Under the pieces are notes generated by a model. That model saw only the letters and a list, made by a program, of their open reading frames with translations, searched no databases and had not been told where the DNA came from. The position numbers and the translations under genes were made by a program. From the NCBI GenBank assembly GCA_023511835.1, contig JAIMAT010000001.1, positions 19,142 through 83,141 of the forward strand: a stretch of DNA of 64,000 nt, given 5' to 3'. Positions 19,664 through 28,514 of the stretch are shown here, piece after piece. How positions within the stretch are numbered: position 1 is the stretch's first letter; the number at the start of each line of letters is the position of its first letter. The DNA comes from Bacillota bacterium (GTDB lineage Bacteria > Bacillota > Sulfobacillia > JAIMAT01).

Positions 19664-21418
19664 TCAGCCGGCGCAGCAGGAGAGGCGGCTCACTTCCTGG
19701 TCGAAGGCGAGGGCGGCCAAGCGGAGCCCCTCGCCCATGGTCAGGTAGGGCGCCAGGCTCTCGGCCAGGTCGGCCACCGTCAGACCGCCGCGGAGCGCCA
19801 GCGCCGCGGCGTAGATCACCTCGCCCGCCTCCTCGGCCAGCAGGTGGGCGCCCAGGAGGCGCCCGCCGGAGGCGTCGGCCACCAGCTTGTAAAGGCCGCG
19901 CGCGGCGCCGTTGACGCGCGCGCGCGCCAGCGCCTCCGCGGGCAGGACGGCGCTTCGCACCGGGTAGCCGGCCTCTCGGGCCCTGGCCTCGGTCAGGCCG
20001 ACGCTGGCCACGGCGGGCCGCGTGAAGATGACCGAGGGGACCAGGCTCAGGTCCAGGTCGCGCGCGCCGAGCCCGAGGGCGTTCTCCGCCGCCAGCTTCC
20101 CCTCGTGGGCGGCCACGTAGACGTACTGCGGGCCGCCGGTGACGTCGCCGGCCGCGAAGACGGCCGGATTCGTGCTGCGCAGGCGGCCGTCCACGGCCAC
20201 CCCGCCTCCCGGCGCCAGCGCCACGCCCGCGCGCTCCAGCGCCAGCGCCTCGGTGGCGGGGCGGCGGCCCGTGGCCACCAGCACTTCCTCCGCCTCCACG
20301 GCGCCGGGCTGGCCGGAGGCGTCGCGATAGCGGACGAGCCGCCCGGCGGCGGTGCGCTCGACGCGTTCGGGACGGACGCCGGCGAGGAGGCGGATCCCCT
20401 GCTCCTCCAGAAGTTGTCGCAACGCCTCGCCGATCTCGGGCTCATGGCGCGGGAGGAGACGCGGACCGCGCTGCATCAGCGTCACCTCGGCCCCCAGGCG
20501 GGCCAAGAACTGGCCCAGTTCCAGCGCCACGTAACCCGCGCCCAGCACCGCCACGCTCCGGGGCAGCCGGCCGAGGGCCAGGACCTCGCTGCTGGTGAGG
20601 TAGCCGGCCTCCTCCAGCCCCGGCAGCGGAGGCACGGCGGGTACGGCCCCGGTGGCCACCAGGAAGCGCTCCCCCTCCAGCACGCGCTCCCCTTCCGGGC
20701 CCCGGACCCGGACGCGGCCCCCGTCGAGGAAGGAAGCCTCGCCCTCCACCATCTCCCAGCCGTACTCCGCGATCAGGTCGGTGTACTTCTCCCGGCGCAG
20801 CCCCTCCACCAGCGCCTCCTTGCCGGCCATCAGCGCCGGCAGGTCGACGGCCTCGGCGCGCGTCCCGAGCCCCGGGTAGCCGCCCTGGCCGGCCAGATCG
20901 TGGATCTCGCTGGCGCGGAGGAGGTACTTGGAGGGGACGCAGCCCACGTTGACGCAGGTGCCGCCCACGGTGGCGCGCTCGACCATGGCCACGCGCGCGC
21001 CGGCCTGGCTGGCGCGGATGGCCGCCGCGAAGGCGGCGCTGCCCGAGCCCAGGATGACCAGGTCGTAGCGCCCGCCGCCGCCCGGCCCGCCCCCGCCCGG
21101 CTTTCCGTGCCCCCGCCGGTCCGTCGGCACCGGTTCGGCTTCCTCCAGCTCGACCAGCTCGCCCGCGCGGTAGCCGGCGGCGGCGACCGCCTCCCCCAGC
21201 CGCGCCGGATCGGGCCGGCCGGCGTACAAGAAGAGCGCCTCGCCGCGGCGGAAGTCGGCGCTCACCTCCTCGGCGCCTGCCGAGCGCAGCGCCTCGGCCA
21301 CATGCCGCTCGCAACCGGTGCAGGTCATGCCGTCGACGCGCAGGCGGAAACGCCGCCGTTCCGCAGCGCTCCTGCCGTCCCCGGGCGCGTCGAGGCGGCC
21401 CTCTTCCCAGCCGTTCAT
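19664..21418 (-). CDS. merA: mercuric reductase MerA with N-terminal HMA (NmerA) domain
   Basis: N-terminal GMTCTGCERHV (HMA metal-binding motif), FAD/NAD disulfide oxidoreductase core with redox-active GGTCVNVGCVPSK, and C-terminal ...SRLSCCAG (vicinal Cys pair ending CCAG as in Tn501 MerA). Start chosen at MNGWEEGR (RBS GGGGAGG 9 nt upstream); an upstream in-frame ATG at 21457 is the alternative. Confidence 0.9.
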   Translation of the reverse strand: MNGWEEGRLDAPGDGRSAAERRRFRLRVDGMTCTGCERHVAEALRSAGAEEVSADFRRGEALFLYAGRPDPARLGEAVAAAGYRAGELVELEEAEPVPTDRRGHGKPGGGGPGGGGRYDLVILGSGSAAFAAAIRASQAGARVAMVERATVGGTCVNVGCVPSKYLLRASEIHDLAGQGGYPGLGTRAEAVDLPALMAGKEALVEGLRREKYTDLIAEYGWEMVEGEASFLDGGRVRVRGPEGERVLEGERFLVATGAVPAVPPLPGLEEAGYLTSSEVLALGRLPRSVAVLGAGYVALELGQFLARLGAEVTLMQRGPRLLPRHEPEIGEALRQLLEEQGIRLLAGVRPERVERTAAGRLVRYRDASGQPGAVEAEEVLVATGRRPATEALALERAGVALAPGGGVAVDGRLRSTNPAVFAAGDVTGGPQYVYVAAHEGKLAAENALGLGARDLDLSLVPSVIFTRPAVASVGLTEARAREAGYPVRSAVLPAEALARARVNGAARGLYKLVADASGGRLLGAHLLAEEAGEVIYAAALALRGGLTVADLAESLAPYLTMGEGLRLAALAFDQEVSRLSCCAG

Positions 21419-21450
21419 GCGATCACGCCTCCCCGCTGTGGTACACTCGC

Positions 21451-21482
21451 ATTCCACACCCTGGAGCCCGCTCCGGAGTCAA
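21451..21482 (-). promoter_or_regulatory. candidate merA promoter: TTGACT - 20 bp - TGGAAT with a dyad inside the spacer
   Basis: Minus-strand reading cTTGACTccggagcgggctccagggtgTGGAATgcg...GGGGAGG..ATG. The -35 is identical to the Tn501 mer -35; a 19-20-bp spacer is the MerR-promoter hallmark. The spacer contains the inverted repeat GGAGC-GG-GCTCC. Confidence 0.4.
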
Positions 21483-21511
21483 GAGGGCCGGCGGGAGGCG
21501 AAGCGGCGAAA

Positions 21512-22018
21512 ATGGAGGAATATGTGGTTTACACCGACGGCGCCTGCTCGAACAACCAGGCCCCCGGCGGCCAGCCCGGCGGCTGGGCGGCCGTCTTCCG
21601 GGACGGCACCTGCCTGAGCGGCGGCGACCCCGCCACCACCAACAACCGCATGGAGCTGACGGCGGTGATCGAGGCGCTGCGCCATACGCCGCCCGGCAGC
21701 TCCGTCGCCGTCTGGAGCGACTCGGCCTACGTGGTCAACGCCTTCCTGCAGGACTGGTTCTCGGGCTGGGAGCGCCGCGGCTGGCGGAACAGCCGCGGGC
21801 AGCCGGTGGAGAACCAGGACCTCTGGCGCGAGCTGCTGCGCCTAGTGCGCGAGCGGCGCGTCACCTGGCACAAGGTGAGCGGGCACAGCGGCGACCCGCT
21901 CAACGAGAAGGCGGACCGGCTGGCCGTGGCCGCCATCCCCCGGCCGGCTGCGAGGGCGGCCGCTCCGGGCGGAGGGCCGGCCGGAGCCGGCGGCACCGGG
22001 GCGGCGCGACCGGCCTGA
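21512..22018 (+). CDS. rnhA: ribonuclease HI
   Basis: MEEYVVYTDGACSNNQ...GGWAAV...TNNRMELTAVIEAL...AVWSDSAYVVNAF..W...WHKVSGHSGDPLNEKADRLA: RNase H DEDD residues and conserved motifs. Confidence 0.85.
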   Translation: MEEYVVYTDGACSNNQAPGGQPGGWAAVFRDGTCLSGGDPATTNNRMELTAVIEALRHTPPGSSVAVWSDSAYVVNAFLQDWFSGWERRGWRNSRGQPVENQDLWRELLRLVRERRVTWHKVSGHSGDPLNEKADRLAVAAIPRPAARAAAPGGGPAGAGGTGAARPA

Positions 22019-22022
22019 ACGC

Positions 22023-22048
22023 GCCCGCCCAGCCCGGCCTGGGCGGGC
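22023..22048. terminator. GC-rich perfect hairpin (GCCCGCCCAG-cccggc-CTGGGCGGGC) between convergent rnhA and the ABC permease
   Basis: 10-bp perfect stem read from the sequence. No U-tract on either side, so intrinsic-terminator function is uncertain. Confidence 0.4.
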
Positions 22049-22099
22049 GCCCCGTCCGGCCGGCCGGGGCGACGAAGCCCCGGCCGGCATCGGGCCCCG

Positions 22100-23278
22100 T
22101 CATTCGTAGCGGAGCGCCTCCACCGGATCCAGCGCCGCCGCCCGCATGGCCGGGTAGACGCCGAAGAAGAGGCCGACGGCCGCCGAGAAGACGAAGGCGC
22201 CGACGATGGCACTCCAGGCGACCACCGGTGGGAAGTGCATCAGCCGGTCGATGACCAGCGAGCCGGCCACGCCCACGGCCATGCCGATGACGCCGCCCGC
22301 CAGGCTGAGGACGGCCGACTCGGTCAGGAACTGCACCAGGATGTTGCGGCGCGTCGCGCCCAGCGCCTTGCGGATGCCGATCTCGCGCGTCCGCTCGCTC
22401 ACCGTCACCAGCATGATGTTCATGATGCCGATGCCGCCCACCACCAGCGAGATGGCCGCGATGGCCGCCAGCATCATGGTCAGCGTCTGCGTCGCCGTCC
22501 CCAGCGCGGAGAGCAGCTGCGTCTGGTTGAAGACGCGGACCGGGGGCTCGCTCTCGCCCGGCTGCCCGTGCTCCAGGTCCATCACGGTGGCGATGTGGTT
22601 GGCGGCCAGCTGGGCGTCCTGCGCGCTCCGCGCCTGGGCCATGATCTGGTTGACGCGGTTGGTGCCGGCGATCTGCTGGGCCAGGCTGAGCGGCAGAAAG
22701 ACCACGTCGTCGTTGTTCTGGCCGAAGCTGGAACCGATGGGCGCCAGCTCGCCCACCACCGTCACCTCGGTGCCGTTCACCTCCAGGCTCTGGCCGATCA
22801 CCGGCCCGCCCCCGAAAAGCTCCTGGGCCACCGTCTGGCCGATGACCGCCACGGGCAGGCGGTAGCTCTCGTCCAGCGGCTGGAGGAAGCGCCCCTGCGC
22901 CATCTTCAGGTCCCGGATGGTCGCGTACTGCGGCCAGGTCCCCTCCACCGTCGTCGAGTAGCTGGCCCGCCCCCTGGCGACGGTGCCGTTAGGCACGTTG
23001 AGCACCGGCACGGCGGCGGTGATGGTGGGCACCCGCTGCTCCAGCTCCTGCGCATCGGCGGCGGTCAGCTGCACGCCGCCCCCGCCCGTCACCGAGATCA
23101 GGTTGGAGCCCAGCCCCTCCAGCTGGGAGGTGACCGAGGAAGAGGCGCCCTGTCCCACCGAGACCAGCAGGATGACGGCCGTCACCCCGATGATGATGCC
23201 GAGCATGGTCAGGAAGGTGCGCAGCTTGTTCTCCCCGATGCGCAGCACGGCATCCCAGACGCCCTCGAGCCCGTTCAC
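22100..23278 (-). CDS. ABC transporter permease, FtsX/MacB family (YknZ-like)
   Basis: 392 aa. N-terminal TM ([21 protein letters not shown]), large extracytoplasmic domain, C-terminal 3 TM with [22 protein letters not shown] overlaps the upstream stop (ATGA). Confidence 0.85.
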   Translation of the reverse strand: MNGLEGVWDAVLRIGENKLRTFLTMLGIIIGVTAVILLVSVGQGASSSVTSQLEGLGSNLISVTGGGGVQLTAADAQELEQRVPTITAAVPVLNVPNGTVARGRASYSTTVEGTWPQYATIRDLKMAQGRFLQPLDESYRLPVAVIGQTVAQELFGGGPVIGQSLEVNGTEVTVVGELAPIGSSFGQNNDDVVFLPLSLAQQIAGTNRVNQIMAQARSAQDAQLAANHIATVMDLEHGQPGESEPPVRVFNQTQLLSALGTATQTLTMMLAAIAAISLVVGGIGIMNIMLVTVSERTREIGIRKALGATRRNILVQFLTESAVLSLAGGVIGMAVGVAGSLVIDRLMHFPPVVAWSAIVGAFVFSAAVGLFFGVYPAMRAAALDPVEALRYE

Positions 23279-23994
23279 GCTCCGCCTCCCTCCCCCGTCC
23301 CGGCGCCGGCGGCCGCCGGCACGCGCTCGTCGGCCACCAGCCGCCCGTCCCGGATGCGCAGCTGGCGCCGGGCGCGCGCGGCCACGGCGGCGTCGTGGGT
23401 GACCAGGATGACGGTCATCCCCTCGCGGTTGAGCCGCTCGAAGAGCTCGAGCACCTCTGCCCCGGCGACGCTGTCCAGGTTGCCCGTCGGCTCGTCGGCC
23501 AGAACGATGGCGGGCTCGGTGACCAGCGCCCGGGCGATGGCGACCCGCTGCTCCTGCCCGCCGGAGAGCTCGGTGGGCCGATGGTCCATCCGCTCGGCCA
23601 GGCCCACCGCCGCCAGAGCCGCCTCCGCGCGCGCCCGCCGCTGGCGCGCCGGCACGCCGGCGTAAAGGAGCGGCAGCTCCACGTTCTGGCGGGCGGTGAG
23701 GCGGGGGAGCAGATTGAACTGCTGGAAGACGAAGCCGATGCGCCGGTTGCGGATGCGCGCCAACTCCTCGTCGCTCCGGTCATGGACGGGGGTGCCGTCC
23801 AGCCGATAGACGCCCGAGGTGGGCCGGTCGAGGGCGCCCAGGATGTGCATGAGCGTCGACTTGCCCGAGCCCGAGGGGCCGGTGAGCGCCACGAACTCGC
23901 CCTTCTCCACGGCGAAGGAGACGCCGCGCAGCGCGTGGACGTCCACACCGCCGCGGTGGTAGACCTTCCTCACGTCCTCGACCTCGATGATCAC
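23275..23994 (-). CDS. ABC transporter ATP-binding protein (MacB/LolD-type; YknY-like)
   Basis: Walker [11 protein letters not shown]-loop, signature [15 protein letters not shown], Walker [14 protein letters not shown]-loop VTHD. GTG start overlaps the adaptor stop (GTGA), with GGGAGG RBS 9 nt upstream. Confidence 0.9.
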   Translation of the reverse strand: MIIEVEDVRKVYHRGGVDVHALRGVSFAVEKGEFVALTGPSGSGKSTLMHILGALDRPTSGVYRLDGTPVHDRSDEELARIRNRRIGFVFQQFNLLPRLTARQNVELPLLYAGVPARQRRARAEAALAAVGLAERMDHRPTELSGGQEQRVAIARALVTEPAIVLADEPTGNLDSVAGAEVLELFERLNREGMTVILVTHDAAVAARARRQLRIRDGRLVADERVPAAAGAGTGEGGGA

Positions 23995-25898
23995 TGGCCG
24001 GCGCCTCCCGTGTTCCCACCGCCCCCGCCGGCTCCTCCGCCGAAGCCGCCGCCCTGGCCGCCGCGGGTGTTGGCCCGCGTACCTCCGCCCGCTCCGCCGC
24101 GGTCGAAGCCGCCGCCGAAGCCGCCAAAGGCGCGGCCGCCCGGCCCGGCGCCGAAGCCGAAGGGCCGGAAGCCCGCCTGCGGCGTCCCGCCGTTGGAGGA
24201 AGCCTGGCTGGTGGCCACGATCACCTGCTCGCCCTCGTTGAGGCCGGAGACGATCTCGGTCCAGGCTGGCGTCACCACGCCCAGCTGCACCACCCTGCGC
24301 ACCGGCTGCCCGTTCTGCAGCACCTGCACCAGCCCGCGCCCGTTGGGCGTGGCGCTCAGCCCGCCGCTGGGCTGGACCACCGCCTCCGTGGGGACGCGGA
24401 GCACGTTCTGCCGCTGGGTGACCACGATCTGGGCGTGACCGGTCATCCCGGGCAGGAGCCCCTCGGGCTGCTGGACGGCGATCCAGACCGGGAAGGTGGC
24501 CACCCCGTTCTGCGAGGTCGCCTGCCCGGCGATCTCGGTGACCGTGCCCTGGAAGAACTTGCCCGGGAAGGCGTCGACGGTGACGGTCGCCGCCTGGCCC
24601 ACGTGCACCTGGCCGATGTCCAGCTCGTTGACGCTGGCCTCCAGGTCCATGTCGCCCTGCGGTCGGATGGTGAGGAGCCCGCCCGAGCCCGCCTGGGCGG
24701 CGGCGGAGCCCGAGCCGCCCACGCCGCCGGCCCCGACGGTCTCCCCCACCTGCACGGCGACGTCGGTGACGACGCCGTCCACCGGCGCCACCACGTGCAG
24801 CTTCGCCTGCTGGTCCAGGTCCGCCTGGAGCTGCAACTGGTCCGTCTGCGCCTTGAGACGGGCCTGGCTCACCTGGGTGGCGTCGGCGGGGTTGGCCTCG
24901 AGCGAGAGGAGCCGCTGGCCGGCGTTCACCCACTGGTTGGCGCTGACCAGGACGGTCCCCACCGTCCAGGAGCTGCCCGTCTGCGGCGCCAGCACCTGGA
25001 CCGGGTCGTTGTCGGCGAAGCTTCCCTGCTCCACCAGCGGCCCCTGGGCCGTCTGGATCGTCGCCTGGCCCGTCATCCCGGCCTGCAGCAAGCCCGGGTT
25101 GGTCAGGCGCAGCTTGACGGTGTAGAGGATGGTCTGCGAGCCGGGGGTCCCCGTCCGGTCCACGCTCACCACCGTGGCCGGGATCGGGTCGGGGGCGAAG
25201 TTGTCGGCCACCACCGTCGCCTTCTGGCCGGGCTGGATGCGCTCCATGTCCGGCTGGATCACCTGGCTCTCAAAGAGGATCGTCCGGTCGTCCACCAGGT
25301 TCGCCAGCACCGACTGGGGCTTCACCTGCTGGTTGGCCGAGACGTTGAGCGACTGGAGGCGCCCGGCCGCCGGCGCCGTCACCCAGATCTCGCCCGGCAG
25401 CGTGGCCGACATGGCCTGGCTCGGCGGCACGTTCAGCAGGTTTCCCAGCGAGACCAGGTCCTGCTGGACCTGGATCTGGTCCCTCTGGACGGCCATGTCC
25501 AGGTTCGAGTCGCTCAGGTCGACCAGCGGATCGCCCTTATGCACGGTCTGGCCGTTCTGGACGTGAACGGCGGTCACCACCATCTGCCCGCTCACCTGGG
25601 GCGGACTGACGGTGACCGCGTTCGGGCTGGCCAGCGTGCCGTCCGCCTGCACCGTCACCGTGATGTCGCCGCGGCTGGCCGGCACGGTGGTGTAGCGGAT
25701 GTCCGACTGGGCGCTCAGAGTCCGGGCGCGGAGATACCACCCGGCTCCGCCCACCACCGCCAGCACGATCACCGCGGCCAGCGCCCACTTCCACCAGCTG
25801 CCCTTGCGCACGGAGCTCCCCCCACCCTGCCTCTGCGATTCCACATCAATCCAGCGGAATGATAGTCTCGCTCCCGGGATCCAACCTGAGAGGCGCAT
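23991..25898 (-). CDS. HlyD/MacA-family periplasmic adaptor (membrane-fusion protein; YknX-like) with long Gly-rich C-terminal tail
   Basis: N-terminal anchor [22 protein letters not shown], coiled-coil region (...[14 protein letters not shown]...), beta-barrel/lipoyl-like segments, and a C-terminal ~60-aa tail [55 protein letters not shown]. Confidence 0.8.
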   Translation of the reverse strand: MRLSGWIPGARLSFRWIDVESQRQGGGSSVRKGSWWKWALAAVIVLAVVGGAGWYLRARTLSAQSDIRYTTVPASRGDITVTVQADGTLASPNAVTVSPPQVSGQMVVTAVHVQNGQTVHKGDPLVDLSDSNLDMAVQRDQIQVQQDLVSLGNLLNVPPSQAMSATLPGEIWVTAPAAGRLQSLNVSANQQVKPQSVLANLVDDRTILFESQVIQPDMERIQPGQKATVVADNFAPDPIPATVVSVDRTGTPGSQTILYTVKLRLTNPGLLQAGMTGQATIQTAQGPLVEQGSFADNDPVQVLAPQTGSSWTVGTVLVSANQWVNAGQRLLSLEANPADATQVSQARLKAQTDQLQLQADLDQQAKLHVVAPVDGVVTDVAVQVGETVGAGGVGGSGSAAAQAGSGGLLTIRPQGDMDLEASVNELDIGQVHVGQAATVTVDAFPGKFFQGTVTEIAGQATSQNGVATFPVWIAVQQPEGLLPGMTGHAQIVVTQRQNVLRVPTEAVVQPSGGLSATPNGRGLVQVLQNGQPVRRVVQLGVVTPAWTEIVSGLNEGEQVIVATSQASSNGGTPQAGFRPFGFGAGPGGRAFGGFGGGFDRGGAGGGTRANTRGGQGGGFGGGAGGGGGNTGGAGQ

Positions 25899-26004
25899 GA
25901 GAGAAGGCTATGAACCCGCCGAGATTTCCTATTAGTTCACATAACTGGAAGGAATGCGACGGAGCAGCCCCGGCGGCCCGCCGTCCCGGGGGCTGACGCG
26001 GATG

Positions 26005-26451
26005 TCAGCGGCGGCGCAGGTGGTCGACCAACGCCTCCAGTGCCAGCTCGTAGCCGAAGGCGCCGAAGCCGGCGACGGTCCCCAGCGCCACCGGCGCGAT
26101 GACCGAGCGCCGCCGGAAAGGTTCGCGGGCGTGGATGTTCGAGAGGTGGACCTCCACCACGGGCAGCCCCACCGAGGTGATGGCGTCGCGCAGGGCCAGG
26201 CTGTAGTGCGTCAGGGCGCCGGGATTGAGCAGGATCCCCTGCTGCCGGTCGAGGGCGCGGTGGACGGCCTCAACCATCTCCCCCTCGCCGTTCCACTGCT
26301 CGAAGGCGAGCGTGCACTCCAGCTGCGCGGCTCGGCGCTCCAGACGCCGGCGGATGTCGTCCAGCGTCTCATGCCCGTAGACGGCGGGCTCCCTCCGCCC
26401 GAGCAGGTTCAGGTTGGGCCCGTTGAGGACCAGGATGCGCTCTCCCGCCAC
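26005..26451 (-). CDS. aroQ: type II 3-dehydroquinate dehydratase
   Basis: ILVLNGPNLNLLGRREPAVYGHETLDDI...EQWNGEGEMVEAVH...GILLNPGALTHYSLALRDA...VEVHLSNIHAREPFRR: type II DHQase signature. Confidence 0.85.
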   Translation of the reverse strand: MAGERILVLNGPNLNLLGRREPAVYGHETLDDIRRRLERRAAQLECTLAFEQWNGEGEMVEAVHRALDRQQGILLNPGALTHYSLALRDAITSVGLPVVEVHLSNIHAREPFRRRSVIAPVALGTVAGFGAFGYELALEALVDHLRRR

Positions 26452-26556
26452 CTTGGCTCGCCTCCCCGCACCGCCGGCGCGGCCCGACGCGGCTCCTTCC
26501 GGCGGGAGGAAGCTACGCGGGAGAAGGCTCCTCCTCCTGCCTCCAGCCGCCTTCCC

Positions 26557-27621
26557 TCACGTCCCGGCGCCCGCCAGGTCGCCCAGCCAGCCGAGTGCGG
26601 CCGCGGCGGCGGCGGGGGCGTTGGCCAGCATGGAGGTGAGGGCGAAGACGCGCCCGATGTGGTGGGGATCGCTCGCTTCCTGCCGGAGGGTGTTGAAGAG
26701 GACGTTGAGCGAGGCGGTGGCGAACCGGCTGGCCAGGAGCGCCGCGCCCGCCAACCAGGGGGAGGGCGCCAGGCCGCAGAGGGCGACGCCGAGGCCGTAG
26801 AGCAGGATACCGGCGGGCATGAGGGTCGCCGGCCTGGGCTTCCGCGCCAGGAGCGGGAGGAGGAGGCCCGCCAGGGCGTTGCCCGCCGCCGCCGCGCCCA
26901 TGACCAGGCCCGCGGCGCCCGCCCCCAGGCGCAGGTCGCGGGCCAGGTGGAAGAGGGCCAGCGGGCCGGCGGCGGCCCCGAAGAGGTTGCAGGCGGCCGT
27001 GACCAGCGTCGCCGTCCAGAGTAGCCGGCGCTTCCTCACGTAGGCCAGCTCCGCCAGGAGCCCACCCGTCTCCGACGGGGGGCGGGGCGCCCGCCGCGCG
27101 GGCCGGATGCCCTGGAAGAGCGCGGCCAGGAGGACGAAGGAGAGCGCGTCGGCCAGCAGCCCGGCCGAGCCGCCGAACCTTCGCGTGAGGAAGCCGCCCA
27201 GCACCGGCCCGGCCACGGAGCTGGCCGCGAAGACCAGGCTGAGCCGGGCGTTGGCGCGCGCCCGCTCGGCCGGCTCGACGAGATCGGGGACGAGCGCCTC
27301 GAGCGCCATCCACTGGGCGAAGGCGGAGAGACCGACGGCGAAGGCGAAGAAGAGGAGCAGCGGGAGGCCCGGCCACCTCCGCAGCAGGCCGGCCAGGAGC
27401 AGGAGCTCGGCGGCCGCCGCCAGCGCGGCCCGCCGGGCCGCGCGGTAGGGCCCGAAGCGGTCGAGCCAGCGGCCGACGCGCGGCCCGAGAAGGAGGTTGG
27501 GCGCGTACTGTACAAAGCGCAGGACGGTGAGGGCGGCGGCGCGCCCCGTCAGGACGTAGGCGAGCCAGGGCAGGACGAAGCTGCGGTTGCGCCAAAGGGT
27601 CGCCTGCCGCACGTCCGGCAC
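26557..27621 (-). CDS. MFS-family transporter
   Basis: Multiple TM helices with an MFS-type loop (...FGPYRAARRAALAAAAELLLLAGLL...). GTG start with RBS GGGGGAGG 6 nt upstream. The overlapping ORF 26513..27721 in another frame is rejected. Confidence 0.7.
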   Translation of the reverse strand: MPDVRQATLWRNRSFVLPWLAYVLTGRAAALTVLRFVQYAPNLLLGPRVGRWLDRFGPYRAARRAALAAAAELLLLAGLLRRWPGLPLLLFFAFAVGLSAFAQWMALEALVPDLVEPAERARANARLSLVFAASSVAGPVLGGFLTRRFGGSAGLLADALSFVLLAALFQGIRPARRAPRPPSETGGLLAELAYVRKRRLLWTATLVTAACNLFGAAAGPLALFHLARDLRLGAGAAGLVMGAAAAGNALAGLLLPLLARKPRPATLMPAGILLYGLGVALCGLAPSPWLAGAALLASRFATASLNVLFNTLRQEASDPHHIGRVFALTSMLANAPAAAAAALGWLGDLAGAGT

Positions 27622-27738
27622 CGCGCTCCTCCCCCGTTCGCCGGCCGCCGCCCGCTCCGCGGTCGTCCCCGCCTGCCGCCCGCGCGCCGGGGCGGGGGCG
27701 GGAGGCGGGATCCTCCGCCATGGAGGGGGGCTGGGGCC

Positions 27739-27945
27739 ATGAGACTCGTGGTCGCTACCTTCTGGTTCCTGCTGGTCTTCGTCGCGGCGATCGCCCTCTA
27801 CTTCGTCCCCGCCATCGTGGCCTACCGGCGGCGCGCGGAGCCGCGCCTCGCCATCCTCCTGCTCAATCTCTTCTTCGGGTGGACGCTTTTGATCTGGATC
27901 CTCCTGCTCATCTGGGCCTACGAGGCGAGGTCCTCGCCCGCGTGA
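27739..27945 (+). CDS. superinfection-immunity-like small membrane protein (Imm_superinfect / PF14373-like)
   Basis: 68 aa, two TM helices: YFVPAIVAYRRR...AILLLNLFFGWTLLIWILLLIWAYEA matches the family pattern YF.P.I.A.R......[28 protein letters not shown] 8 nt upstream of ATG. Confidence 0.55.
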   Translation: MRLVVATFWFLLVFVAAIALYFVPAIVAYRRRAEPRLAILLLNLFFGWTLLIWILLLIWAYEARSSPA

Positions 27946-28327
27946 GCGGGCCGGCAGGCGGCTGCGGAGCCGATCCCGGAGCGTGCCACCCCGGCCGGGC
28001 TTACAAGGCGATCTCGAAGCCCACTCCTTGGCGGACGGCGCGAAGGCAGGCGGCCTCGAGCAGCCGTACCTCCGTACTGGCGAGTCCATGGGAAAGGAAG
28101 ATCGTCACGTCCTCGGGGCGGCGCTTCACCGCATCCGCCACGAGGCGGCTCAGACCGCGCGCTCGACGAGATCCGGACCGACTTCCTGCCGGCCGGCCCG
28201 CCCTCCCCTTCACCCGGGCGGAGCGGCCCCCGGGGCGCTTCGAGGCGTTTCCGGGAGCGTGCAGGAAACGCCGGTCGCCCGCTTCCCTTGCGGGGCGGGC
28301 GACTCCGGCTTCCATCCAAGCTCATTT

Positions 28328-28403
28328 TGGTGGAGGTAACGGGACTCGAACCCGTGGCCTCGTGAATGCCATTCACGCGCTCTCCCAGCTGAGCTATACC
28401 CCC
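28328..28403 (-). tRNA. tRNA-Ala (anticodon GGC)
   Basis: Minus-strand GGGGGTATAGCTCAGCTGGGAGAGCGCGTGAATGGCATTCACGAG..GGGTTCGAGTCCCGTTACCTCCACCA: cloverleaf with G3:U70 identity pair, anticodon loop AUGGCAU, encoded CCA. Confidence 0.9.
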
Positions 28404-28514
28404 ACGGAATCCGCACCGGAAACCGTCCGAACGTCGACGTCCATCAGCTCCGGCAATCCCAGGAGTTTAGGCGGTCGACCCCCGTCTGTCAAGCCGCGAC
28501 CGGCCTCGCGCCCT

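Noticed and set aside
19166-21500. N-terminal 780 codons of the 950-aa plus-strand ORF 19166..22018
   Set aside because: Only the last ~168 codons (21512..22018) encode RNase H. The rest is antisense to merA and runs through merR in another frame, with low-complexity composition.
16304-22018. merT/merP/merC transport genes expected with merA
   Set aside because: I looked for small 2-3-TM or HMA-only ORFs flanking merA and merR and found none. The only HMA motif is the NmerA domain of MerA itself.
26513-27721. 402-aa alternative-frame ORF overlapping the MFS transporter
   Set aside because: The translation is Arg/Gly/Pro-rich nonsense, whereas the 26557..27621 frame gives multi-TM MFS-like sequence with a proper RBS.
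27946-28327. RNase P RNA or 6S RNA in the long non-coding gap next to tRNA-Ala
   Set aside because: None of the conserved RNase P elements (P4 AGGAAAGUCC / ACAGAAUCCGGCUUA-type) or a 6S-like central bubble were recognisable. Treated instead as a probable gene remnant (see findings).
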